This document shows positions 6,372-13,767 of a stretch of DNA of 20,000 bases, one piece after another. The position numbers were made by a program, and so were the translations under genes. Every line of letters begins with the position of its first letter. Position 1 is the stretch's first letter. A model generated the notes under the pieces. It was not told the origin of the DNA. It was given only the letters and a program-made list of their open reading frames with translations, and made no database searches. The stretch comes from an uncultured virus (IMG/VR IMGVR_UViG_3300017766_004071) (Duplodnaviria > Heunggongvirae > Uroviricota > Caudoviricetes): IMG/VR virus record IMGVR_UViG_3300017766_004071, positions 55,705-75,704 of that record. The stretch is one strand, 5' to 3'.

Positions 6372-7709
6372 ATGAAAATTTTCTATTCAATTTTACTAAT
6401 CTTTTTACCTTTTTTAATTTATTCCCAAGGTCTTATAATAAATGAAATATCAAATGGTGATTCTGGAAACAGAGAATATTTTGAGTTAGTTGTTATTGGC
6501 TCGACTTCAAACCCTACAATAAGTGTAGACTTGGGTGGATGGATAATAGATGATAATAATGGAGATTTTGAAGGTGTTTTAAGTGGGGTTGGTACAGCTC
6601 AAGGTCATATAAGAATTAAACCAGGATGTTTATCTAATGTAAAACCTGGGTCAATTATTTTAATTTATAATAGTGCTGATGTTAATCCCACTTTTGGGAT
6701 AACTCCAGACCCATTAGATTTTGATGGTGATTGTGTTTATATTTTACCAATAAGTGATTTGTGTTTGGATAATACATCAAATTTACCAACAACAACAAAT
6801 CCATTGTATACTCCAGTTAGTTATACCGCAACAAGAATTTGGGATAGGATTGGATTTAGAAATGATGGTGATGCCGCACAAGTTAGAAGTCCAAATGGTT
6901 TATTTTTTCACGGATTTTCATACGGGGATGTGTCAACCCCATTTCCCACTTTTCCATTTGGTGGTTCATCTTTTAATATTATAACAGGGAGTGGATTACA
7001 AAGAAATTATTTTTTCAATAGTGGTAGTTTTGGAGCAAAAGTCAATTTCAGTAGAGGTGTTGCCCCAACAAATGAAACTCCAGGTCAACCAAATAATGAT
7101 GCCAATAGATATTTTATAAATTCATTAAGAATTGGGACTTATAATTATTCAAACTTATTAGACCCAATTAATATTGGTTCATCAACAACATTGGTTGATT
7201 GTGGGACAATATTACCAATTGGTATAATTGAATTTAAGGGAACAAAAATTAACGATAATGTCAATCTTCAATGGACGCTTGATAATGTCACAGAAGTCAA
7301 TTATATTGAGTTGGAGAAGAGTTCAAATGGTTATGATTTCTATCCCATTTCTGAGATTTATCCTTATGATTTAACAATGAATTATATTGATGATTTGACT
7401 TACTCAGAAAATTATTATAGACTTAAAATTGTTGAATATAGTGGTGATATAACTTATAGTAATATTATTAATATCTCAAATAAAATTAACGATGATGTAT
7501 TAATATATCCCAATCCAACAAAAGATATATTGAATATAAAAACAATCAAAAATATTAATAGAATTTCACTATTTAATGAACTTGGGGTTGAATTTGTTAT
7601 TGAGAATCCGACATCTCAAATTGATTTATCCTCATTGTCAAAAGGAATTTATATAGTTAAGATTAATATTGATGAGAATACAATTATTAAAAAAATAATA
7701 TTAATTTAA
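6372..7709 (+). CDS. Secreted protein with lamin-tail-like N domain and T9SS type A C-terminal sorting domain
   Basis: Signal peptide; LIINEIS..EYFELVV..DLGGWIIDD; C-terminal IYPNPT..LNI..IDLSSLSKGIYIVKI..KKII. Confidence 0.85.
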   Translation: MKIFYSILLIFLPFLIYSQGLIINEISNGDSGNREYFELVVIGSTSNPTISVDLGGWIIDDNNGDFEGVLSGVGTAQGHIRIKPGCLSNVKPGSIILIYNSADVNPTFGITPDPLDFDGDCVYILPISDLCLDNTSNLPTTTNPLYTPVSYTATRIWDRIGFRNDGDAAQVRSPNGLFFHGFSYGDVSTPFPTFPFGGSSFNIITGSGLQRNYFFNSGSFGAKVNFSRGVAPTNETPGQPNNDANRYFINSLRIGTYNYSNLLDPINIGSSTTLVDCGTILPIGIIEFKGTKINDNVNLQWTLDNVTEVNYIELEKSSNGYDFYPISEIYPYDLTMNYIDDLTYSENYYRLKIVEYSGDITYSNIINISNKINDDVLIYPNPTKDILNIKTIKNINRISLFNELGVEFVIENPTSQIDLSSLSKGIYIVKINIDENTIIKKIILI

Positions 7710-8351
7710 ATGGCTTATATTGAAGGTAATTTTTTCCCCTTAAAGGTATATGTTCGAAATGAATATCTATATCAAAATAAGAAGGGATTTGGTGAATTTA
7801 CTGAGGGTGTTATAATATCAATTAGATGTTTACCAGGACAAGCGGCACTATTCCAAGTATTATTTAATAATGGTGTTATGAGAGATAAACTTCCATCTCA
7901 CGCATTATTAACTGAACCAAAATTACCTGATGTTGATTTACCATTCCATTATCTTCAAATATGGAATTGTTTTTCATATAATTTCTCGGTACATCATTTA
8001 AGTTATGTCTATGATACCAGAGTTTCAGTCTTTATGAAAGATAAGAAATGGTATGATGGAAGTTATTATGCCACAATAAATTGGGGTTCTAGTGATTTGA
8101 ATAGTGATTTTACCTTGGCTGAAGACCCAATGGAACATAAGTCACACCATATATTACTACTAGATAATGGCCAGATTGCCCTACAACCGAATAATAGGAT
8201 AAGATGGTCAGAACCATCCTTTGTCACAAAATCTTTCCCTGAGAGACCTGATTATTTGGTTAATAAGGATTATTATAATTGTGAGGGTTATGATAAGTGG
8301 GCGACCGAGGATTCTGAGTATATGTTTTATGATACAAATGAAAATAAATAA
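7710..8351 (+). CDS. Phage hypothetical protein (213 aa)
   Basis: Long ORF; HKSHHILLLDNGQIALQPNNR motif recalled from uncharacterised phage proteins. Confidence 0.8.
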   Translation: MAYIEGNFFPLKVYVRNEYLYQNKKGFGEFTEGVIISIRCLPGQAALFQVLFNNGVMRDKLPSHALLTEPKLPDVDLPFHYLQIWNCFSYNFSVHHLSYVYDTRVSVFMKDKKWYDGSYYATINWGSSDLNSDFTLAEDPMEHKSHHILLLDNGQIALQPNNRIRWSEPSFVTKSFPERPDYLVNKDYYNCEGYDKWATEDSEYMFYDTNENK

Positions 8352-8360
8352 TTTTTAAAT

Positions 8361-8876
8361 ATGACACCAATGGTAATTGTAAATTTCTATAAACCCTATG
8401 ATACAACTTGGGAACTACTCCAACTAATGGCATTGGATAAAATTGCCGAACACGAAAAGGAAACAAGTGAAGTTGAATTTGGAGATGTATCCGTTCAACA
8501 ACAATTTGATGATTATCGTGCAGCTTGTTTTCAAGGGTTAAAAACATTTATAATGCAAGTTTTAAATGAATGGGGAACTGAAAACATCTTGGTGTTTAAT
8601 GATAAATTCTATAAGAAATTTGAACATATGGAAATGGAGGGTAGATTAAAAACTTATACAACTCCCAATGTTTTCAAAACATCAAAAGAATTATTCAAAT
8701 GTTTAAAGAAAGAAAAGTTTCAGTTAGAACCAGATGATTTTGATTTCATTCACGAAACTTTTTCAAGTGCTGATGATGTTGTGTGTAATATATTCGCATT
8801 TGAATATGAATTAAAAGAAATTGATGATGATAAGGATTGGTTAGATGAGAACGGATTTGGTGATATTTTAGAATAA
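8361..8876 (+). CDS. Hypothetical acidic protein (171 aa)
   Basis: ORF track; tight gene packing. Confidence 0.8.
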   Translation: MTPMVIVNFYKPYDTTWELLQLMALDKIAEHEKETSEVEFGDVSVQQQFDDYRAACFQGLKTFIMQVLNEWGTENILVFNDKFYKKFEHMEMEGRLKTYTTPNVFKTSKELFKCLKKEKFQLEPDDFDFIHETFSSADDVVCNIFAFEYELKEIDDDKDWLDENGFGDILE

Positions 8877-8891
8877 AAAAAAGATAATAAT

Positions 8892-9104
8892 ATGAAAACA
8901 ATAGGCGTATTAGAAGCATTGAAAGATGAAACAATTAAAAAAGGAGATAAAATAATTATTGAACTTATTGTTGATGAAATAGATATTGAAAGTATGTACC
9001 CATTATCTGCATTTTGTTTTAATAAATATGATGAAATATCAAAAACTAATTATTTTAAATTGTCATGGAGTACTAAAATAAAAATAAAAGACAATAATAG
9101 TTAA
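8892..9104 (+). CDS. Hypothetical protein (70 aa)
   Basis: ORF track. Confidence 0.7.
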   Translation: MKTIGVLEALKDETIKKGDKIIIELIVDEIDIESMYPLSAFCFNKYDEISKTNYFKLSWSTKIKIKDNNS

Positions 9105-9177
9105 TTTTTTTTGTAACCAACTTGACCTTTTGTATTATATCGTTATATTTAATAAAAAAATAGTAAAAACTTCACAA

Positions 9178-9249
9178 ATGAAACACAATCTCTATATGGA
9201 CTTAACGACTGGAGCTGAGGGTAGAAATCCTCGGATGGAGATGGTATAA
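9178..9249 (+). CDS. Leader peptide 2 (23 aa, MKHNLYMDLTTGAEGRNPRMEMV), putative attenuator of tRNA block 2
   Basis: ATG 9178, TAA 9247-9249, terminator follows; codons 5-16 all match block 2 tRNAs. Confidence 0.8.
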   Translation: MKHNLYMDLTTGAEGRNPRMEMV

Positions 9250-9276
9250 TATAAGGTTTTAATTGTTAATAAAATC

Positions 9277-9313
9277 AAATCCATCTTCCTAAAAAAAAGA
9301 TGGATTTTTTTTT
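9277..9313 (+). terminator. Intrinsic terminator (attenuator 2)
   Basis: AAATCCATCTT (9277-9287) / AAGATGGATTT (9297-9307) with T tract; GGAGATGG at 9237-9244 is an alternative partner. Confidence 0.85.
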
Positions 9314-9322
9314 GTCACAGAG

Positions 9323-9353
9323 TTTGGGAATTAGAAATGGTTTTGTAACTTTG
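9323..9353 (+). promoter_or_regulatory. Bacteroidota primary-sigma promoter
   Basis: TTTG 9323-9326, TAACTTTG 9346-9353; ATG follows 4 nt later (near-leaderless). Confidence 0.7.
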
Positions 9354-9357
9354 TGGT

Positions 9358-9837
9358 ATGAGAAAACAAACACCATACATATCCTCTTCGGTCGCCATAA
9401 AAGGGATTAATGATTCAGGACTTGCAAAGTCTGAAACAAACGATTGTGTAGTTAGAGCTTTTGCTTCAGCTTTCAACGTGACTTATGATTTTGCTCACAA
9501 AAAGGTTGCTGAAATATTTGGAAGAAAAAACGGACAAGGAACTTATTGTTTTAGTTTGGTGATGAGGTCTTTGGAAAGTAAAGGAATTAGTGTTAATAGA
9601 AAAAAAATTAAAACAATAAGTAAAGATGTGAACCTTTCTTATTGGATTAAGGTTAAAGGTGTAAACACTTTGAGAAGTATGACAACTGCAAAGTTTTTGG
9701 AGGATTATCCCAAAGGAACTTACATAGTCACAGTCAAAGGTCACGCTTTTACAATTAAAGATGGGGTGGTGATTGGAAATCCTGATGATGCAACAAAGAG
9801 AAAAAAAACTATCTATGGAGCTTGGAAAATTGGATAA
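9358..9837 (+). CDS. Phage protein with possible papain-like Cys-His dyad
   Basis: NDCVVRAFA ... GTYIVTVKGHAFTIKDG motifs. Confidence 0.65.
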   Translation: MRKQTPYISSSVAIKGINDSGLAKSETNDCVVRAFASAFNVTYDFAHKKVAEIFGRKNGQGTYCFSLVMRSLESKGISVNRKKIKTISKDVNLSYWIKVKGVNTLRSMTTAKFLEDYPKGTYIVTVKGHAFTIKDGVVIGNPDDATKRKKTIYGAWKIG

Positions 9838-9855
9838 GATTACCTACTTTTGTGA

Positions 9856-9868
9856 TGTTCATTGAAAT
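9856..9868 (+). promoter_or_regulatory. boxA-like antitermination site
   Basis: TGTTCATTGAAAT just before the first tRNA of block 2; parallels 213-225. Confidence 0.55.
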
Positions 9869-9886
9869 TGAGGGAAAAATATTAAA

Positions 9887-9960
9887 GGGCTATTGGTGTA
9901 GTGGTCGAACATGCCACCCTGTCACGGTGGAGAACAGGGGTTCAAATCCCCTATAGCTCG
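9887..9960 (+). tRNA. trnD: tRNA-Asp(GTC)
   Basis: GGGCTAT/ATAGCTC acceptor, G73; CCACC-CTGTCAC-GGTGG. Confidence 0.94.
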
Positions 9961-9973
9961 CAATACTTTAATT

Positions 9974-10063
9974 AATCGGTTGGTGTAAGTGGAAATGAAT
10001 ACCACCTTGGGTAGCAACCTATTTTTAGAATGGGGGATGTAGGTTCGAATCCTACACTGGTTA
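9974..10063 (+). ncRNA. tRNA-like RNA with expanded anticodon region
   Basis: AATCGGT/ACTGGTT acceptor, perfect T arm GTAGG-TTCGAAT-CCTAC, inserted TGGGT-AGCA-ACCTA hairpin. Confidence 0.6.
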
Positions 10064-10079
10064 AAAAAAGTTTTAAAAG

Positions 10080-10110
10080 TTGGAACTAAATGATATGAAG
10101 GTTGGTTTAT
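10080..10110 (+). promoter_or_regulatory. ECF-sigma-like promoter, copy 3
   Basis: GGAACT 10082-10087, N17, GTTTAT. Confidence 0.6.
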
Positions 10111-10136
10111 AATAATGTAACTTAAAAAAATAGATT

Positions 10137-10283
10137 ATGACAAACTTTATGATAAATTTTATTATTCTTGCTATTTTTATAATGCTTTTGGGTTTTATTG
10201 GTAACTATATCATAAAAAAATATCCAGATTCTTGGGTAGCAAAATGGTGGGATGATATGACTGATATTGGTCATTGGTGGTAA
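10137..10283 (+). CDS. Small membrane protein (48 aa)
   Basis: Read manually; one TM segment then a Trp-rich tail. Confidence 0.55.
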   Translation: MTNFMINFIILAIFIMLLGFIGNYIIKKYPDSWVAKWWDDMTDIGHWW

Positions 10284-10292
10284 ATTAAAATA

Positions 10293-10462
10293 ATATCTAT
10301 GTCACGAGATTAAGATGTGACTTACGTTCTAAGGAGTTTACTTATTGTCAATTAGGGCGGACGAAGGCAACATAAGTTATATTATGGTGACTTGATATTC
10401 ACCATAACGAATACAAGATATCAAAAAGAGAAGTGGAGAATCACTTATTCAAAACTTCTCTT
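10293..10462 (+). ncRNA. Putative multi-hairpin RNA
   Basis: ATATCT/AGATAT closing; GTCAC/GTGAC, ACTTAT/ATAAGT, TTATGGTGA/TCACCATAA, then AAGAGAAGT/ACTTCTCTT. Confidence 0.45.
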
Positions 10463-10469
10463 AATTTTT

Positions 10470-10553
10470 GCCTAGGTGGTGTAATGGTAGCCACGCAAGA
10501 CTTAAAATCTTGTGACCAGTAAGGTCGTGCGGGTTCGAGTCCCGCCCTGGGTA
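10470..10553 (+). tRNA. trnL: tRNA-Leu(TAA)
   Basis: GCCTAGG/CCTGGGT acceptor; CAAGA-CTTAAAA-TCTTG; long variable arm. Confidence 0.94.
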
Positions 10554-10569
10554 CAAAAAAATAAAAAAC

Positions 10570-10758
10570 ATGATATATTTTAAAATTTACTTTACACTAC
10601 TTCTTATCACAATCATAGTTGCTGGAGTTACTGGGTCGCTTATGAATAGCGATACTAAAAGAAGTGATTTATGGTTCAAGATTTCAAACACTTGTTGGAT
10701 AGCAACATTAGTTATGGTTATTGCAGGCGTATTAACTTCTGTATGGATTCTACATTAG
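10570..10758 (+). CDS. Small membrane protein (62 aa)
   Basis: Two hydrophobic segments. Confidence 0.7.
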   Translation: MIYFKIYFTLLLITIIVAGVTGSLMNSDTKRSDLWFKISNTCWIATLVMVIAGVLTSVWILH

Positions 10759-10795
10759 AATCTTGTCGGGACTACAAAAAAAAGTTTAAAAAAGA

Positions 10796-10827
10796 TTTGG
10801 AATTAAGAAAATCAAATCGTAATTTTG
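10796..10827 (+). promoter_or_regulatory. Bacteroidota primary-sigma promoter
   Basis: TTTG 10796-10799, TAATTTTG 10820-10827; directly upstream of scaffold E; near-identical to 1990-2021. Confidence 0.75.
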
Positions 10828-10836
10828 TGAGACAAT

Positions 10837-10929
10837 AGTCTTGTGGCGGAATGGAAGACGCTCGCTTCAAGGTGCGGTTAGTCAACGAAATGTAAAGCTA
10901 ACGTACAGGTTCGAATCCTGTCAGGACTA
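10837..10929 (+). ncRNA. Leu-type tRNA scaffold, copy E (93 nt; degenerate Leu-CAA-like arm)
   Basis: AGTCTTG/CAGGACT acceptor; TCGC-TTCAAGGT-GCGG 8-nt loop; enlarged variable arm. Confidence 0.7.
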
Positions 10930-10933
10930 CAAA

Positions 10934-11037
10934 TGTGTTGTTCCTTTGAGAAAGGAAATATAAAGATGAGTGACATTACTTGAATTATGGAATAGTAACA
11001 TAATCGTACACTACAACACAGAGGATTTCTCATCCTC
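10934..11037 (+). ncRNA. Putative pseudoknotted RNA
   Basis: TGTGTTGT/ACAACACA closing stem; H-type knot TTACT/AGTAA + ATTATG/CATAAT; 3' hairpin GAGGAT/ATCCTC. Confidence 0.5.
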
Positions 11038-11051
11038 AAATTTTTAAAAAC

Positions 11052-11124
11052 GCACCATTCGACAAGGGGTCTAAGTCACCTCCCTTTCACGGAGGAGTCA
11101 CGGGTTCGAATCCCGTATGGTGTA
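11052..11124 (+). tRNA. trnE: tRNA-Glu(TTC)
   Basis: GCACCAT/ATGGTGT acceptor; CCTCC-CTTTCAC-GGAGG. Confidence 0.94.
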
Positions 11125-11176
11125 CAAATCTCAGAAGTAATTAATCTGGGGCTGAGAGGTTCGAAACTCACGGAAA

Positions 11177-11276
11177 TGATTATGGTGTAGGCGCACGGAA
11201 AGATAAAGTATGAGAATGGTAAGTACCCATTAAAGAAATTGACATCAGGATTAAGGTTCGAATTCTTATTAATCAA
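11177..11276 (+). ncRNA. Degenerate tRNA-like RNA with expanded core
   Basis: TGATTA/TAATCA acceptor, TAAGG-TTCGAAT-TCTTA T arm, ACA 3' end; no anticodon arm. Confidence 0.45.
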
Positions 11277-11285
11277 CAAACATTA

Positions 11286-11326
11286 TGTGTATAGGATTTT
11301 TGGGTTGTGTATAGGATTTTCGGGTT
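11286..11326 (+). repeat. Tandem 20-bp duplication upstream of HNH gene
   Basis: TGTGTATAGGATTTT(T/C)GGGT x2. Confidence 0.8.
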
Positions 11327-11346
11327 TTTTGTGATATTTATATAAT

Positions 11347-11928
11347 ATGGAAGAATTAAATAGACATCAAAAAGCTGCATTGGTAAGTGGTATTAAGCGT
11401 AGACAGAAATCACTACAAGAATACTACGAAAATCCTAATATTTGTAGGTGTTGCAATAAACCAATTATGGTTGGTGAAAAACAAAAAGTTCGTGAGGTTA
11501 GAAGAAAAGTTTTTTGTGACCATAGTTGTTCTGCAACTTTTAATAATCAACAAAGAGAAATTAAAGAACCGATTAAAAAAAATAAAGAACCAAGACCTAA
11601 AAAGGAAAATAAAGAATCTAAACCTAAAAAGGAAAAATTTGAATTTATTTTAGGTTTAACTAAAAAAGATTTGTTTGAAAAACACGAAATTTATTATAGA
11701 TTTAGAGCAGTAATTAGGAAACATGCACATTATATTTTCAACAAACATCATAAAGACCAAAAATGTAAGGTTTGTGGATATAATACTCACGTAGAAGTTT
11801 GTCATATAAAATCAGTTTCATCTTTCAGTGATGATACTCTAATAATTGAGATAAATTCTATAGATAATTTAGTTGGGTTATGCCCTAATCATCATTGGGA
11901 ATTTGACAATGGTAAAATAAAATTATAA
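11347..11928 (+). CDS. HNH endonuclease
   Basis: CKVCG..VEVCHIK..NLVGLCPNHHWEFD; N-terminal Zn ribbon. Confidence 0.85.
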   Translation: MEELNRHQKAALVSGIKRRQKSLQEYYENPNICRCCNKPIMVGEKQKVREVRRKVFCDHSCSATFNNQQREIKEPIKKNKEPRPKKENKESKPKKEKFEFILGLTKKDLFEKHEIYYRFRAVIRKHAHYIFNKHHKDQKCKVCGYNTHVEVCHIKSVSSFSDDTLIIEINSIDNLVGLCPNHHWEFDNGKIKL

Positions 11929-11935
11929 CACATCA

Positions 11936-12021
11936 CGCAAGGTGGACGAGTGGTCAATGTCAGGGGTCTCATAAGCCTCTTCTGCGAAAGTGGAACTTCG
12001 GTTCGAATCCGAACTTTGCGT
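11936..12021 (+). tRNA. trnM: tRNA-CAT (probably Met) with long variable arm
   Basis: CGCAAGG/CTTTGCG acceptor; GGGGT-CTCATAA-GCCTC; TTCTGC-GAAA-GTGGAA arm; U73. Confidence 0.82.
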
Positions 12022-12034
12022 CAAATTATTAAAA

Positions 12035-12120
12035 GGGTGTCTATCCAAATTGGTGAAGGAAGCTGTCTGTAAAACAGTTGCTATATGCTAAACTTGGGGG
12101 TTCGAATCCCTCGGCACCCA
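12035..12120 (+). tRNA. trnY: tRNA-Tyr(GTA)
   Basis: GGGTGTC/GGCACCC acceptor; GCTGT-CTGTAAA-ACAGT. Confidence 0.9.
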
Positions 12121-12124
12121 CAAA

Positions 12125-12328
12125 AGAAATGAAACCTTACATAGGATGGATTAGCACCATTGAAAGGGAACTTGGCTCTCATAGGGTCGCAACCTAAATC
12201 GAGAGTAATAATGACCCAAGTTGCTATGTAGGAGACCCTGCTCTACCGTGCACGGTATCAGGTGATGGGGAACAAACCATCATTAAACGTCTTGCCCATA
12301 TAATGCTTATGGAAGGACTTTCATTTCT
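12125..12328 (+). ncRNA. Putative large structured RNA (204 nt)
   Basis: AGAAATGAAA/TTTCATTTCT closing; nested CTTACATAG/CTATGTAGG, AACTTGG/CCAAGTT, CTCTC/GAGAG; fills the Tyr-Gly gap exactly. Confidence 0.6.
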
Positions 12329-12333
12329 AATTT

Positions 12334-12408
12334 GCAGTAATAGCTCAATGGTAGAGTTCTTGTCTTCCAAACAAGATGTTGCGAGTTCGAGTCTCGCTTA
12401 CTGCTCCA
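12334..12408 (+). tRNA. trnG: tRNA-Gly(TCC), CCA encoded
   Basis: GCAGTAA/TTACTGC acceptor, U73; CTTGT-CTTCCAA-ACAAG. Confidence 0.94.
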
Positions 12409-12424
12409 AATTTAAAAATTCATT

Positions 12425-12637
12425 ATGAATCAGTCCGAATTTAGAAATCTTAGAACTGGGGATAAAATCCATATTAAGTCTCGTGATGGTTTATATACCT
12501 TCTTAAAAAAAGACTTTAGAACTGGTGAAATTCATATAACCTGTAAAATATGGCAATATGAAGAAAATCCGATAAGAGTAACAAGTTTTGATGATTTCAA
12601 ATGTTTGGCTGGTGGTTTATGGAGAAAAATTATGTAA
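12425..12637 (+). CDS. Hypothetical protein (70 aa)
   Basis: ORF track. Confidence 0.7.
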   Translation: MNQSEFRNLRTGDKIHIKSRDGLYTFLKKDFRTGEIHITCKIWQYEENPIRVTSFDDFKCLAGGLWRKIM

Positions 12638-12710
12638 TAGGAGAAAGTAAGTCGGTTGGTGTATAGCTTCCTTACGTCTAAAATTTAAGCACGATTACAT
12701 AATACAAAAA

Positions 12711-12784
12711 GGGGGATTAGCTCAGCTGGCTAGAGCACTTGATTTGCATTCAAGAGGTCATCGGTTCGACTCCGATATCCTCCA
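12711..12784 (+). tRNA. trnA: tRNA-Ala(TGC)
   Basis: GGGGGAT/ATCCTCC acceptor with G3:U70; CTTGA-TTTGCAT-TCAAG. Confidence 0.95.
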
Positions 12785-12816
12785 CTGAAAAATAAACATT
12801 GTTTTAAATTTAATTT

Positions 12817-13422
12817 ATGAAAAAATTTTTAGTATTTTTAGTGTTAGTAGTATTATTGACATCTTGGTCATATACACCCCCACGTAGGGTATTATTTATC
12901 GGTGATAGTTTAACCTGTGCAACTGGTGGGTGGCAAGACCAAGTTTCCAAACATTTTGGATATCAAAGGGTCAATTTATCTAAAGGTGGTGTTAGAACGG
13001 ATTATATGAGGACAACCCTAAATGCTTGTTTTAAAAACGATTCAGCTTTTTCAAGTGTTTTTATCTATGGTGGATGTAATGATGCTTTCTCTTATGTAAA
13101 TCTCCAAGGTGCGGTTAATAACATTCAAATGATGGTTGATAGTTGTAATAGAAGAGGAATTGAACCAATTGTGATTGTGGGTTTTAATCCAGCTCAAGTA
13201 ACAACAAAGACTGTGTATGATGCAGAAACAACCAAGAGATGTGTTGGAAGATACATTGAGTTTCAAAAGTTGATGGTTCACGAGAAAACTGGTTTAAAAA
13301 ATTGTAAGATAATTCCAATGGACACTACAATGTTTTATAGTGATACTGGAGATGGAATTCATTTTGCTGCGAGTGGTCATAGAAAATTTGCTAATTGGGT
13401 TATAAATCATATGGAAAAATGA
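12817..13422 (+). CDS. Secreted SGNH/GDSL hydrolase
   Basis: Signal peptide; FIGDSLT, KGG, GCND, DGIH blocks. Confidence 0.9.
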   Translation: MKKFLVFLVLVVLLTSWSYTPPRRVLFIGDSLTCATGGWQDQVSKHFGYQRVNLSKGGVRTDYMRTTLNACFKNDSAFSSVFIYGGCNDAFSYVNLQGAVNNIQMMVDSCNRRGIEPIVIVGFNPAQVTTKTVYDAETTKRCVGRYIEFQKLMVHEKTGLKNCKIIPMDTTMFYSDTGDGIHFAASGHRKFANWVINHMEK

Positions 13423-13670
13423 AAAAAATATTTTGGTTTTCAATTTTAATCACTATCTTTGTATCCTGTAACAAACACCCCACGATAGAACCTGGTGATA
13501 TTGTTAAGAAGTGTGTAATTGATACGATGTATATTACAGAATCTCCATCCACAATTGAATTTGGTAAGAGATATAATTATAAAACCGATTGTGATGAATT
13601 GATAATGACAAGAAGAAGTGATGTGTATGAAATAGGGGATACAATAACCTACGTTTATAAAAGAAGATAA
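13419..13670 (+). CDS. Small lipoprotein (83 aa)
   Basis: Start at ATG 13419 (ATGA overlap with the upstream stop); lipobox FVSC. Confidence 0.7.
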   Translation: MKKIFWFSILITIFVSCNKHPTIEPGDIVKKCVIDTMYITESPSTIEFGKRYNYKTDCDELIMTRRSDVYEIGDTITYVYKRR

Positions 13671-13676
13671 TTATTT

Positions 13677-13762
13677 GCCGTTTTCGCATAGTGGTTGATT
13701 GCACTGGATTTGTAACCCAGTTCCGTTAGGACACGTCAGTTCGAATCTGACAAACGGCTCCA
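13677..13762 (+). tRNA. trnT: tRNA-Thr(TGT) with variable arm, CCA encoded
   Basis: GCCGTTT/AAACGGC acceptor; CTGGA-TTTGTAA-CCCAG; TCC-GTTA-GGA arm. Confidence 0.9.
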
Positions 13763-13767
13763 AAAAT

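Noticed and set aside
6754..11653. Alternative-frame + ORFs 6754-6984 and 11387-11653
   Set aside because: Nested out of frame within well-supported genes
11936..12021. CAT tRNA as initiator or lysidine tRNA-Ile2
   Set aside because: C1:G72 is paired and the three consecutive G:C pairs next to the loop are absent, so not a typical fMet; Ile2 is not excluded, but U73 and the ATG in leader 2 favour Met
12641..12700. Possible small RNA between ORF 12425-12637 and tRNA-Ala
   Set aside because: Only weak, interrupted pairing; not distinguishable from chance
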